The notes below the pieces were generated by a model. It searched no databases and was not told the DNA's origin. It saw only the letters and a program-made list of their open reading frames with translations. Shown piece by piece: positions 31,066-42,473 of a stretch of 64,000 nucleotides of DNA (position 1 is the first letter of the stretch; every line of letters begins with the position of its first letter). A program made the position numbers and the translations under genes. The DNA is from Candidatus Latescibacterota bacterium (GTDB taxonomy: Bacteria; Krumholzibacteriota; Krumholzibacteriia; WVZY01; JAKEHA01). Location: assembly GCA_963707635.1 (NCBI GenBank), contig OY970173.1, positions 1,056,001-1,120,000 of the forward strand, given 5' to 3'.

Positions 31066-32358
31066 CTAAAGAGTAGCTGGATGCGGCTCTGGAAGAACTG
31101 GGTGCCCCCCGTCGTGTCGAACCGGTCGAGTTCTCCGTAGCCATAGACAAACTCCAGCCGCAGGTTGTCGGACATGTGCCAGTTCACCATCGGCGTCACT
31201 CTCCAGTATTTCCCGCCGTGGAACATTCCGGAGTCGAGGTCGATATAGGAGAAGTTCAGCACCGCCTCCCACGCGCCGGGCCCGCCCTCGAACACCGTTC
31301 GCTCGGGTGATACCGCGTTGAAGTATCCGCCGGCTGTGTTGTAGCCACGCGTCTCGCCGGTGATGAGCCAGGCAGTGGCAAGGTTTCCCCCGTGAAAGAG
31401 CACGTTACCGTCGGCGACCGGGGATACATCCTGCCAGTCGTATTCGCCACCGAACAACCACGGGCCCCTCCGGTAATACGCCTCGATGCCGGTGCCACGT
31501 ACATGGTCCGCAGGGAACTTTACCGGTGTCCACGACATAGGGGGCCAGGTTGTTCTCGGGGCGCGAACGCACCTGCAGCATGCCCCCGTCCGGGTCCGCG
31601 TCACGGACCATCGCCGCCACGTGGAGAACTTCCTTGTTCTCCTCCGAGAGAATCGGAAGCCATCCGAGTCGCGCGACTGCCTGGTTGTCGTAGGTGGCGA
31701 AAGCTTCGTCCTCCGACAGCGTGTCGGTGAACCATCCGAGGTTCACAAAGACGCGGGGGCCCGGGTAATAGCCCATGTACCTCACACCGTCCGCAAGAAT
31801 CGGTATGAACGCGTCCATCCCCGGCGATCGCTCCATTCCCCAGGGGTGGTAGCCGTTCATGACTTTCACCATCGAGTAGCCTTCCTTGTCGCGCCCGACG
31901 AAGAAGTGGCCGGACAGTTCCGGAACCCCGATGAGGAGGCCCGTCTTGCGGAAGCGCCACTCGTCGTCCTTGCCATCGTACATGTACCCCACGGTCCACG
32001 AGAGCGGCCGCTTGGTCTTGAAACGCCCGCCGAAGAGGAAGCGAAAGTCACGGACCGCCACGCCGGGTTCCATCTCGACCTGTTGCTTGCTCTCGTCGTC
32101 CTGTGCGAAGGTGGCGAAGTCCAGCAGGAAACCGAGGCTCAGTCGAAACGTCGTGACGGGTCCGTCGTACTCGTTCCACTTGACCAGTTTCCGGCGCGGC
32201 CCCGATTCTTCGGCCTCGGCGGTCGTGTCGATGGTCGAGTCGGGAGCCGCACCACGCGAATCCTGGCTGCGCGCGGAGGCCGGCGCCATCGCGAGGATCA
32301 TCACAATCGTATTAACCAATAAAACCAGACGCGTGAGCGACTCCCGACCTTGTTTCAT
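31066..32358 (-). CDS. OprO/OprP-like anion-selective porin (indels near 31510 and at the 3' end)
   Basis: Signal peptide, 'GRDKEGYS...MER', 'RSRPE', 'WLITGETRGYN..GYF', 'GAWEAV', 'VNWHMSDNLRLEFVY', 'FQSRIQL'. Confidence 0.75.
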
Positions 32359-32362
32359 GATG

Positions 32363-33445
32363 CTAGTACCGATTGAAGTAGTCCTGGACCTTCTTCGCGT
32401 CCGACGTCTTCAGCAGGACCAGCTGGAGCAGCACGCGCGCCTTGGCGGGATTGAGCTCCATCGACGCCACCGTGCCGATCTGATCGTCGTTGACTTCGAT
32501 GTTGCGGCGGATGATCCCACCGTTGACTCGCGAGGAGCGCACGACGACCACGCCTTGGCGATCGCCGCCTTGGCCGCCTCGATGGCCGGCGCCGTCATGT
32601 TGCCGTCTCCGACCCCCGCGATCACCAGGCCCTTGGCTCCGTTCTGAACCGCAGACGTGATCACGTCGGGCGACATGTTCGCGTGGGCATAGATGATGTC
32701 CACGCGCGGCAACGCCGTGACGCCGTCGATACTCCAGCTCGCTCTTCCGGTGTGGACCTGGACCGGGCGTGCGCAACCAGGTGTTCTTACCGAACAGCGT
32801 CGCGCCGACCAGCCCGACTTCACCGGAACTCATCGTCCCGACGTCCGTCGTGTGCGTCTTGATGATGTCGTGCGCCGAGTGGATGTCGTCGTCGACGGTC
32901 ACCAGCACCCCGCGTCCGCGCGCCGCCGGGTCGGCGGCGATACCGACGGCGTTATAGATGTTCAGCGGCCCGTCAGCGCTCATCGCGGTCGAAGGCCGCA
33001 TCGAGCCGGTCAGGACAACGGGCTTGTCGCTCTTGACGACCAGATCCAGAAAGTACGACGTCTCCTCCATCGTGTCCGTTCCGTGCGTGATCACGACGCC
33101 GGCAACGTCGATGTTGGCGAGAATTTCGTTCACGCGCTTTCCGAGTTTCAACCAGACCTCGTCGTTCATGTCCTGGCTGCCGATGCTGGCGATCTGCTCG
33201 CCGGTGACGTCGGCCAGGTCTTTCATCTGTGGCACCGCCTGGATCAGGATGTCGACGCCCACGGCGCCGGACTGGTAACCGGCTTCGGTCTGCGAGGCAG
33301 CCGCCCCGGCGATGGTCCCGCCGGTGGCCACGATCACCACCTTGGGTTTCTTGGGCGTTGCGGGTTTACTGGCGGTCTGCGCCATGGCGCTCGGCGCGAG
33401 CATCAGTGGCGCCAGGAGCAGGCTCATGATTCTTAGTGTTTTCAT
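32363..33445 (-). CDS. ansB: Periplasmic type II L-asparaginase/glutaminase-asparaginase (indels near 32770-32720 and 32555)
   Basis: Own GGAGG RBS and ATG at 33445, signal peptide 'SAMA-QT', 'ATGGTIAG', 'IGSQDM', 'THGTDTMEET', 'GSMRPST..SADGP.N', 'AGVGDGN', 'LNPAKARVLL'. Confidence 0.92.
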   Translation of the reverse strand: MKTLRIMSLLLAPLMLAPSAMAQTASKPATPKKPKVVIVATGGTIAGAAASQTEAGYQSGAVGVDILIQAVPQMKDLADVTGEQIASIGSQDMNDEVWLKLGKRVNEILANIDVAGVVITHGTDTMEETSYFLDLVVKSDKPVVLTGSMRPSTAMSADGPLNIYNAVGIAADPAARGRGVLVTVDDDIHSAHDIIKTHTTDVGTMSSGEVGLVGATLFGKNTWLRTPGPGPHRKSELEYRRRHGVAARGHHLCPREHVARRDHVCGSERSQGPGDRGGRRRQHDGAGHRGGQGGDRQGVVVVRSSRVNGGIIRRNIEVNDDQIGTVASMELNPAKARVLLQLVLLKTSDAKKVQDYFNRY

Positions 33446-33471
33446 ATCACTTTCCTCCGAGTATTGGTTGG

Positions 33472-34984
33472 TTACTTCTTCTGGTACTTCGCAGGATCCA
33501 GGTTGGTTAGCTTCGATCGGATCGAGAAGCTCTTTTATCTGCGCTTCGGTCAGCATCTTCTGCTTCGCGAATGACCTCGAGGATCCCCTTGCCGCTCTTG
33601 TACGCCTTCTGGCGGCCAACTCGGTCGCCTTCTCGTAGCCGAGCACCGGGTTGAGCGCGGTGACGATGCCGACCGTGGTTTCCATGTAGTGCTCCAGCAC
33701 CTTCTCGTTCACCGTGATGCCGTCGACGCACTTGCTGCGGAACAGCTTCGATACATTAAAAAGCAGGTGCTGCGACTCGATGGGCGCCAGGCCGTTGAGC
33801 GGCTCGTACGCGTTGAGCTGCAGTTGTCCGCTGTGCGCCGCGAGCGACACGGCATAGTCGTTGGCGATCACGCGGAAGCACACGATACCTACTACCTCCG
33901 GTACGACGGGGTTCACCTTGCCCGGCATGATCGATGAGCCGGGCTGGAGCGCGGGCAAATTGATCTCGGACAATCCCGCCCGCGGTCCCGAAGTGAGCAG
34001 GATCAGGTCGCTCGAGATCTTGGCCAGCTTGATGGCCGTGCTCTTGAGAGCGCTCGAGTACACCACGAATCCCTGCTGGTCCCAGGTGGCCGCGATCATG
34101 TCGTCCGCCATGACGATGGGCCGCTTGGTAAGCTTGGCCAGCTCTTCCGCGCACTTCTCCGGGTACCCCTTCGGCACGTTGATGCCGGTGCCGATCGCCG
34201 TCGCACCCATGTTCTCGGCGTACAGGTACTTCTCGGCGTCCTTCAGCAGAGCGATTTCGGCGTCGATTCCCGCCGCGAAGGCGTAGAACTCCTGTCCGAC
34301 CGTCATGGGAACGGCGTCCTGCAGTTCCGTGCGCCCCATCTTGACGATGTACAGAAACTCGGCGCCTTTCTTCTTGAACGACGCCGACAGTTGCTCGAGC
34401 TCCGCGATCAGCTTTTCGTTGCGTAGAATGAGAGCCACCTTGATGGCCGTCGGGTACGAGTCGTTGGTCGACTGAGACATGTTGAGATCATCGTGCGGCT
34501 CGAGATACTGGTACTCGCCCTTCTTGTGGCCGCCCAATTCGAGCCCGATGTTGGCGAGCACTTCGTTCGCGTTCATGTTGGTCGACGTGCCGGCGCCGCC
34601 CTGATACCAGTCGACCAGGAACTGGTCGTGGTACTTGCCGTCCATCACGGCCTTGCAGGCCTTCTCGATCATCGCCAGACGTTCCGGCTTCATCGCTCCG
34701 ACCGCCGTGTTCGCGCGGGCCGCCGCCAGCTTGACGATGGCCCATGCCTCCACGTAGCCCGGGTAGTGATTGATCGCGACGCCGGAGAGTTGGAAGTTCT
34801 CCATCCCCCGCAACGTCTGGATGCCGTAGTACGCGTCAGCCGGAACCTGCTTTTCGCCCAGCAGGTCCTTTTCGGTTCGTGTCGCAGCCGCACCTTTGGC
34901 CGGTTTCGGGTCCGCGGCGGCCGCGAGCGACGCGGCGCACGCCACCACGCAGAAGGCAACGGCGACTATGGTTCTCGTTCTCAT
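33472..34984 (-). CDS. aspA: Aspartate ammonia-lyase (aspartase) with N-terminal signal-peptide-like extension; indels near the 3' end
   Basis: '[25 protein letters not shown]', '[15 protein letters not shown]', '[10 protein letters not shown]', '[14 protein letters not shown]', signature '[13 protein letters not shown]'. The shifted frame ends '[13 protein letters not shown]' at 33472. Confidence 0.9.
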
Positions 34985-35105
34985 AAGAAGTCCTTTCGGC
35001 ATCGACACTGCTGCCGGCCAAACACCGTCGCCGCGTAATCATTGGAATTACCTGAACGGATTGTCCTGCAGACGATCGATAGCTCTGGCCGGGAGTGTAA
35101 CTCGC

Positions 35106-35134
35106 TTGCGCCTTCCCGTCTATCCCCGTACTCT
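35106..35134 (+). promoter_or_regulatory. Putative sigma70 promoter for mscL
   Basis: TTGCGC (35106-35111), 17-nt spacer, TACTCT (35129-35134), then GAGGAGG RBS. Confidence 0.45.
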
Positions 35135-35165
35135 AGGAGCCGGCGTAACCGCTGAGGAGGCACAC

Positions 35166-35567
35166 ATGGGTATGATCAAGGAATTCCGCGACTTCGCCGT
35201 CAAGGGCAACATGATCGACATGGCCGTCGGTATCATCATCGGCGGCGCGTTTGGAAAGATCGTCTCGTCACTGGTGAGTGACGTGATCATGCCGCCGCTC
35301 GGTTTGCTGATCGGCGACGTTCCATTTGCCGCCATGAAAGTCACGCTGCGGCAGGCGGCCGATGGTAATGAAGCGGTGACCCTCAACTACGGCAACTTCA
35401 TCGAAACCGCGGTCGACTTTCTTATCGTTGCCTGCGCAATCTTCATGGTTGTCAAGGCGATCAACTCGATGAAGCGCAAGGAAGCGGCCGCTCCTGCAAC
35501 GCCTCCGGCACCGACGAAGGACCAACTGCTGCTGACCGAGATTCGCGATCTGTTGAAGGCGCGCTAG
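35166..35567 (+). CDS. mscL: Large-conductance mechanosensitive channel
   Basis: '[40 protein letters not shown]', '[10 protein letters not shown]'. Confidence 0.97.
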   Translation: MGMIKEFRDFAVKGNMIDMAVGIIIGGAFGKIVSSLVSDVIMPPLGLLIGDVPFAAMKVTLRQAADGNEAVTLNYGNFIETAVDFLIVACAIFMVVKAINSMKRKEAAAPATPPAPTKDQLLLTEIRDLLKAR

Positions 35568-35579
35568 GCGCGCGGGGGA

Positions 35580-36617
35580 CTAGAACGTCCAGCCGAGGCT
35601 GGTGACGAGGCCGTAGTCGTTTTTGGTGGCGGTCGGATCCGGTGGGTCGCTGTCGTAGGAGTCGTAAAAAGAGAGCACGACGGTGAAGTCCCTCACGATC
35701 TCGCGGCTCGCGCTGATGTCGATCTCGGATCGAACACGTCCCCAGCTGGAAAGACTCGGGTAGACCGTGACCGCCGAGGTGATGTCCGTCTTCGGATAAT
35801 CGTAGCGAAACACGGAGAACCCGGCGGAAACGAACGCTTCGAGATTGGAGCTGCTGCTGTCGCCGGCCGACCACTCCCGGTTCACGCTCAAACCGGCGGT
35901 CGAAGCTAGGTCGGTGTGGTTGCTCTGGATCAAATTGGCACCGAGGCCGGACGAAAGTTGCACGCGACGATCCAGCCCCAGTTCGTCGTTGGTCTGGGTC
36001 GCCGCGCTCGTGGTCGAGAACAGCGGTCCATCGAACAAACGGTTGAACGTGAGTGAGATGTCCTCGCGGCGCTGCGTGTCCTCGCCTTCCTGTGCGGTCG
36101 TGATGGAGCTTATGTCCAGGGCGAGGGAACGGATTGGCGTCCGCCGCCGGACGCTGATATCGGTCGACAGTTGTGCCAGGCTGTTCGACTTCGTGTAGCT
36201 GAATCCCACGCTGATCGATCCGTCGAGCTGCTGCCAGAACGACGCCTCCAGGGGCGTGATGGCAACGACGTTTTCCTGCAGAACATGTTGGGTCTCTCCA
36301 CCGTGGATCACCTCGAGCATTCCGTCGTGGCGCAGAAAAATCGCGCCGAAATATTTCTGGCCGACGTGATCCTCGATGCGGAACTGATAGACGCTGTTCA
36401 GCGAATCGACGTCTTCCCACTCGATGTTGAGTGTCCCGATGTCGTTGGTCTTGGCCTGAATGATGCCGCGGTCCATCTGCTTGATTTCGCAGGTCACGCG
36501 GTCGCCGTTAACAAGATAGACCAGGTCGGTCTTGGCGCGCGCGAAAGCCAGGGCGGGGAAAGCGCCCGTGCCGGCCAGTGCGAGCGCAGCCAGAAGAAGG
36601 AGGCAACGAAGGCGCAT
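35580..36617 (-). CDS. DUF481-like outer-membrane beta-barrel protein
   Basis: Signal peptide, N-terminal 'DLVYLVNGDRVTCEIK', barrel strands, C-terminal 'TSLGWTF'. Confidence 0.72.
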   Translation of the reverse strand: MRLRCLLLLAALALAGTGAFPALAFARAKTDLVYLVNGDRVTCEIKQMDRGIIQAKTNDIGTLNIEWEDVDSLNSVYQFRIEDHVGQKYFGAIFLRHDGMLEVIHGGETQHVLQENVVAITPLEASFWQQLDGSISVGFSYTKSNSLAQLSTDISVRRRTPIRSLALDISSITTAQEGEDTQRREDISLTFNRLFDGPLFSTTSAATQTNDELGLDRRVQLSSGLGANLIQSNHTDLASTAGLSVNREWSAGDSSSSNLEAFVSAGFSVFRYDYPKTDITSAVTVYPSLSSWGRVRSEIDISASREIVRDFTVVLSFYDSYDSDPPDPTATKNDYGLVTSLGWTF

Positions 36618-36672
36618 CGTGGCGCCAGCGTAGCACAGCGGACAGAGACGACGGTAGCTGCGAACTTCTTCT

Positions 36673-37857
36673 CTAGAGTTTGGTGAACTCGACGCGGCGA
36701 TTCATCGCGCGCCCTTCGGGTTTGTCGTTGCTCGCCACGGATTTCGTGTCGCCCATGCCGTCGGTCTTGAATCGATCGGCCGCGATCTTGAATTGCTCGG
36801 ACAGCACCTTCGCCACCGCCGCCGCGCGCCGCTTCGACAGGTCGAGGTTGCCGTCAGTCGTCCCCTGGTTGTCGGTATGGCCGAGGATCTGGACCTTCAC
36901 CGTCGCGTTCTTCTCCATGTAGGCCGCGATCTGTCGCAGCACCGGAGCGGACTCCGGCTGCACGACGTCGGAGCCGCTGGCGAAGTAGATTCCGTAGGTG
37001 ACGAGTTTGCCGCCGGCGAAGGGATCCGCCACCGGCTTGTTGCCCTCGGCGAAGCGCACGTTGGTGATCATCGGCTCCTTGTCCGACCAGAGCCAGATCT
37101 GGAAGTTGTCGGGTGGGCCGTTCTCGGGATTGATCTCCGGCACATTGGCCACGCGCTGGCGGTCGACGTACACCTTGAGTGCGGTGCCGCGCGCCATGAA
37201 CATGATGTGGTGTACTGCGCCCCACACCTTGGCACTCTCCAGCGGGGTGTTGGACGTCACCTTGCCGCTTTCGAAGTATGCGTTCTGGCCCGAGTAGGGA
37301 AACGTGGTCGTCCAGACGCTCTGGTCGCCTTTGAGCGCGCTCACGTTGAGCACGTTTCCCGAGGGCTCGCCGCAGTAGAAGTCCAATTCGAGTGTCCAGA
37401 ACTCCGGCAACGCCGGCGCGGCGGGCGTCTTCATGGCAAAGCGGCTTTCCACGCTGGTGCTGCGCAGCCAACGCTGGCCGTTCATTTCGGCGACTTCCAG
37501 CGTGCCCTGGGTCAGTTTCCAGTTGGCCGGAAACTCGCCCAGCTCGTCCTGGGTGAAGTCGTCGAAGAACAGCACCATGTCACCCGGCACGAAATCGAAC
37601 TTGGTCGATACGGCCGATATTGTTTCGCCGGATTCCTTCGCGCTCACCGCTTCGCCGGATGTTTCTGCCGGCTCCGCGGCCTTGTCGGTGGTCTTCGGGT
37701 CCGCCTTGTTAACGGCGTCGTCGGCGGTCTTGTTGGCCTTGTCCTCGGCCTTCTTCTTGAGCTTGTCACCGAGCCCGGCGGGCGACGGGGACGGGTTCGA
37801 AATCGCGGCGAACACGCACAACGCGAAGCATGCTCCGAGCCTCCACAAGCGGGTCAT
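36673..37857 (-). CDS. OmpA-family protein (C-terminal peptidoglycan-binding domain)
   Basis: GGAGG RBS before the ATG at 37857, signal peptide, 'GIYFASGS', 'GHTDNQG....NLDLSKRRA', 'GRAMNRRVEF'. Confidence 0.9.
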   Translation of the reverse strand: MTRLWRLGACFALCVFAAISNPSPSPAGLGDKLKKKAEDKANKTADDAVNKADPKTTDKAAEPAETSGEAVSAKESGETISAVSTKFDFVPGDMVLFFDDFTQDELGEFPANWKLTQGTLEVAEMNGQRWLRSTSVESRFAMKTPAAPALPEFWTLELDFYCGEPSGNVLNVSALKGDQSVWTTTFPYSGQNAYFESGKVTSNTPLESAKVWGAVHHIMFMARGTALKVYVDRQRVANVPEINPENGPPDNFQIWLWSDKEPMITNVRFAEGNKPVADPFAGGKLVTYGIYFASGSDVVQPESAPVLRQIAAYMEKNATVKVQILGHTDNQGTTDGNLDLSKRRAAAVAKVLSEQFKIAADRFKTDGMGDTKSVASNDKPEGRAMNRRVEFTKL

Positions 37858-38023
37858 GGTCAGGATCCTCCAGCGTTCGGGAAAGGATTGCCGTTGAGCG
37901 ATATGACGGCCCCACCGGGTCCGTGTCACGAACAAATTGTCGGCACGCACCCCTCGGCGCGGTTGGCATTTCGGGCCCGTGTGGACTACAATGGCCCCGG
38001 CCGACGATCGGAGGAGATTTCCC

Positions 38024-39415
<1,392 letters not shown>

Positions 39416-39420
39416 TCGGC

Positions 39421-40386
39421 GTGCTCGTCAATTGCGTCGCCTATCAGGACGGGAAAAAGCTCGCGACCATCGGTGTCGACGAGATCCGCCGCTACACCAG
39501 CCTGCCGGGATGCTTTGTCTGGATAGCGGTCAAGGACCCCGAGCCGGCCGAGCTGGCGGCCCTGGGGGCGGAGTTCGACCTGCACGAGCTGGCCGTGGAA
39601 GACGCGCAGCACGGCCACCAACGCCCCAAGCTGGAGGAATACGGCCATTCGATCTTCGCGGTGCTCCATATGGTGGAGATGACTGGAACTGAATTGGTGG
39701 TCGGCGAAGCGGCCATATTCGTCGGGTCGAACTATGTGGTGTCGGTCCGGCGCGGGACGGAGCGTGGGTTCGCCGACGTGCGCATCCGCACCGAGCGCGA
39801 GCCCGAGCTTTTGCAGCACGGCACGGGGTACGTCCTGTACGCCCTCATGGATGCGATCGTGGATCGCTATTTCCCGGTGCTGGACGCGCTGACGCGGGAG
39901 TTCGAGGAGATCGAAGAGAAACTCTTCGCCGGCCACGCGACCCGGGGGAACATCGAAGGGCTGTACGGCTTGAAGCAGAAGCTCCTGACCATGAAGCATG
40001 CGGCGGAGCCGCTGCTGGAGATGGTGGGGAAGCTATACGGCGGGCGCGTTCCCCAGCTCTGCACCGGCTTGCAGGATTACTACCGCGACGTGTACGACCA
40101 CGTCGTGCGGCTCAACCAATCCATCGACAGCCTGCGTGAAACCATGACCACCGCCATCTCCGTCAACCTCACGCTGATCCAGCTCCACGAGAACGAGGTC
40201 ACCAAGCGCCTCGCGGCGTGGGCCGCGCTGATCGCGGTGCCGACCATGATCGCGGGCGTCTATGGGATGAATTTTCGGTTCATGCCCGAATTGACCTGGA
40301 AGTATGGCTACCCGCTGTCGGTCGGATCGATGCTGGCGATCGATTTGTACATGCTGTACCGGTTCCGAAAGGCGAAGTGGCTCTGA
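39421..40386 (+). CDS. corA: CorA-family Mg2+/Co2+ transporter
   Basis: 'LHELAVEDA.HGHQRPKLEEY', signature 'YGMNF..MPEL.W.YGYP'. GTG start is inferred. Confidence 0.93.
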   Translation: MLVNCVAYQDGKKLATIGVDEIRRYTSLPGCFVWIAVKDPEPAELAALGAEFDLHELAVEDAQHGHQRPKLEEYGHSIFAVLHMVEMTGTELVVGEAAIFVGSNYVVSVRRGTERGFADVRIRTEREPELLQHGTGYVLYALMDAIVDRYFPVLDALTREFEEIEEKLFAGHATRGNIEGLYGLKQKLLTMKHAAEPLLEMVGKLYGGRVPQLCTGLQDYYRDVYDHVVRLNQSIDSLRETMTTAISVNLTLIQLHENEVTKRLAAWAALIAVPTMIAGVYGMNFRFMPELTWKYGYPLSVGSMLAIDLYMLYRFRKAKWL

Positions 40387-41159
40387 TGCCGACCTACTGG
40401 GAATACCTGAAGATCGACGAACTCCTGGCGCTGCAGCAGCCGGGAGGCGACGAGCACGACGAGATGCTGTTCATCATCATCCACCAGTCGTACGAGCTGT
40501 GGTTCAAGGAAATGCTGCACGAACTGGATTACTTTCAGCTGCTCCTTGCCCGGAAAGATCTGCCGCGCGCGTTTCACACCATGAAGCGCACGCTCACCAT
40601 CCTCAAGATGCTGGTGGCCAAGATCGACATCCTGGAGACGATGACGCCGCTCGAATTCCTCGCGTTCCGCGAGCGGCTGGAATCGGGGAGCGGATTCCAG
40701 TCGGCGCAGTTCCGCGAGCTGGAGTTCGTGCTCGGGCACAAGCGGCGGAGCATGGTGGAGAACTTTCCGGCCGGCTCGCTCGGGCGGGAGAAACTCGCGC
40801 GCCGCTGGGACCAGCCGACGGTGTGGGACGCGTTCGTGCGTTTCATCGCCGACAACGGGTGGCCCGTGCCGCGCGCCGCGGTCGAGCGCGACCTGACGGC
40901 TGCGATCACGCCCTCCGCCGAGATGCAGCAGCTGCTGATCGACGTCTACAAGAGCAACGCGTCGCTCGCCAACCTGTGCGAGCGCATGGTCGACCTCGAC
41001 GAAGGCATGCAGGAGTGGCGTTACCGCCACGTCAAGATGGTCGAGCGCACGATCGGCACCCGGCGCGGCACCGGCGGATCCGAGGGCGCCGAGTATCTCA
41101 AGACCACGCTGATGCGCCCCCTCTTTCCCGACCTCTGGGAGATCCGCACGTCGTTCTGA
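40386..41159 (+). CDS. kynA: Tryptophan 2,3-dioxygenase
   Basis: 'HDEMLFIIIHQSYELWFK', 'SGFQSAQFRELEF', 'WRYRHVKMVERTIG...GTGGS.G..YL'. The ATG overlaps the corA stop (TGATG). Confidence 0.95.
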   Translation: MPTYWEYLKIDELLALQQPGGDEHDEMLFIIIHQSYELWFKEMLHELDYFQLLLARKDLPRAFHTMKRTLTILKMLVAKIDILETMTPLEFLAFRERLESGSGFQSAQFRELEFVLGHKRRSMVENFPAGSLGREKLARRWDQPTVWDAFVRFIADNGWPVPRAAVERDLTAAITPSAEMQQLLIDVYKSNASLANLCERMVDLDEGMQEWRYRHVKMVERTIGTRRGTGGSEGAEYLKTTLMRPLFPDLWEIRTSF

Positions 41160-41164
41160 CGCCC

Positions 41165-42358
41165 ATGACCTCGCCGTCGGATCTGTATCGCTCCCCCAAC
41201 GCGCTGGTGCCCGATTACTCGCGCTTCCGGGTCGCGGAGCGCCTGCTGCTCACCGGCCACTCGCACCAGGCGTGGCCCGACGTGGCGTTCGAGGGCCAGC
41301 AGCGCGCGTTCCTCGACGCGGCGGAGCTGGTCGACGACAAGTGGCCGCGCGTCTTTGCGGTGGCCGACGAGGTGCGCCGCGGATGGGCGAGGCTCCTGGA
41401 CGACGCGCCGGAGCGCGTCGCGCTGGGCCACAGCACGCACGAGCTGGTGGTGCGCTGGCTCTCCGCGCTTCCGCTGAAGGCGCGCCCGCGCCTGGTTACC
41501 ACCGACGGCGAGTACCATTCCATCCGGCGGCTGGTGGACCGTCTGGCCGAAGAGGGCATCGCGATCCACAAGGAACCCGCCGCGCCGGTTTCGACCCTGT
41601 CGGAACGACTCGCGCGCACGGTGGACGACCGCACCGCCGCGGTGCTGGTGTCGTCGGTGCTGTTTCGCAGCGCCGAGATCGTGCCGAATCTGCGCGCGGT
41701 GGCGAACGCGTGCGCGCGCCACGGCTCGGAGGTCCTGGTCGACGTCTATCACCATCTCAACGTGGTGCCGTTCTCGATTGGCGAGATGGGGCTCGAGCGC
41801 GCGTACGTCACCGGCGGCGGCTACAAGTACTGCCAGCTGGGGGAAGGGAACAGCTTCCTGCGCTTTCCGAAGGGCTGCGCGCTGCGGCCGGTGGCCACGG
41901 GGTGGTTCGCGGAATTCGAAGCGAAGGAGAAAGCGCCCGACGGGCGCGTCGTCTACAGCGACGGGCCGATGCGCTTCGCCGGGGCCACCTACGACCCGAC
42001 CAGTCACTATCGCGCGCGCGAGGTGTTCGGGTTTTTCGAGCAACGCGGGCTTTCGCCCGCGCTCCTGCGCGACGTGAGCCAGCACCAGGTCCGACGCCTG
42101 GTAGAACGCTTCGACGCGCTCGACCTGAACCCGGCGCTCATCACGCGCGATCGCTCGGTCGCGGTGGAAGCGCTGGGTGGTTTCGTGGTGCTGCGCTCGC
42201 CGCGCGCGGGCGATATCTGCCGCGCCCTGCACGCTGCCGGCGTATTCACGGACTACCGCGCGGACGCGCTCCGTGTGGGTCCCGCGCCCTACCTCGCGGA
42301 CGCGCAGATCGACGAGGCGATCGGCAGGCTGGGCGAAGTCTGCCGCCGCATGGGTTAG
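41165..42358 (+). CDS. kynU: Kynureninase-like PLP-dependent enzyme
   Basis: 'TTDGEYHS', 'DVYH', PLP lysine 'GGGYKYCQLGEG', 'TGWFA', 'RFAGAT', 'DYR..ALRVGPAPY'. Adjacent to kynA. Confidence 0.85.
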   Translation: MTSPSDLYRSPNALVPDYSRFRVAERLLLTGHSHQAWPDVAFEGQQRAFLDAAELVDDKWPRVFAVADEVRRGWARLLDDAPERVALGHSTHELVVRWLSALPLKARPRLVTTDGEYHSIRRLVDRLAEEGIAIHKEPAAPVSTLSERLARTVDDRTAAVLVSSVLFRSAEIVPNLRAVANACARHGSEVLVDVYHHLNVVPFSIGEMGLERAYVTGGGYKYCQLGEGNSFLRFPKGCALRPVATGWFAEFEAKEKAPDGRVVYSDGPMRFAGATYDPTSHYRAREVFGFFEQRGLSPALLRDVSQHQVRRLVERFDALDLNPALITRDRSVAVEALGGFVVLRSPRAGDICRALHAAGVFTDYRADALRVGPAPYLADAQIDEAIGRLGEVCRRMG

Positions 42359-42473
42359 GTCTCCGGCCGGCGCGCCAAGTTTGTATGCTGGACACTGCCA
42401 GCGGCCATAGACTATCATCTTGACAGTCCTGCCTCAATCTCGTCGCAGTGCCGCAATCTCAAGGAGAACCCAA

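Noticed and set aside
32363..35008. Apparent 881-aa aspartase-asparaginase fusion ORF
   Set aside because: ansB has its own GGAGG RBS, ATG and signal peptide at 33445. A shifted frame gives aspA a natural end at 33472, and indels are evident nearby. Most likely a read-through artefact.
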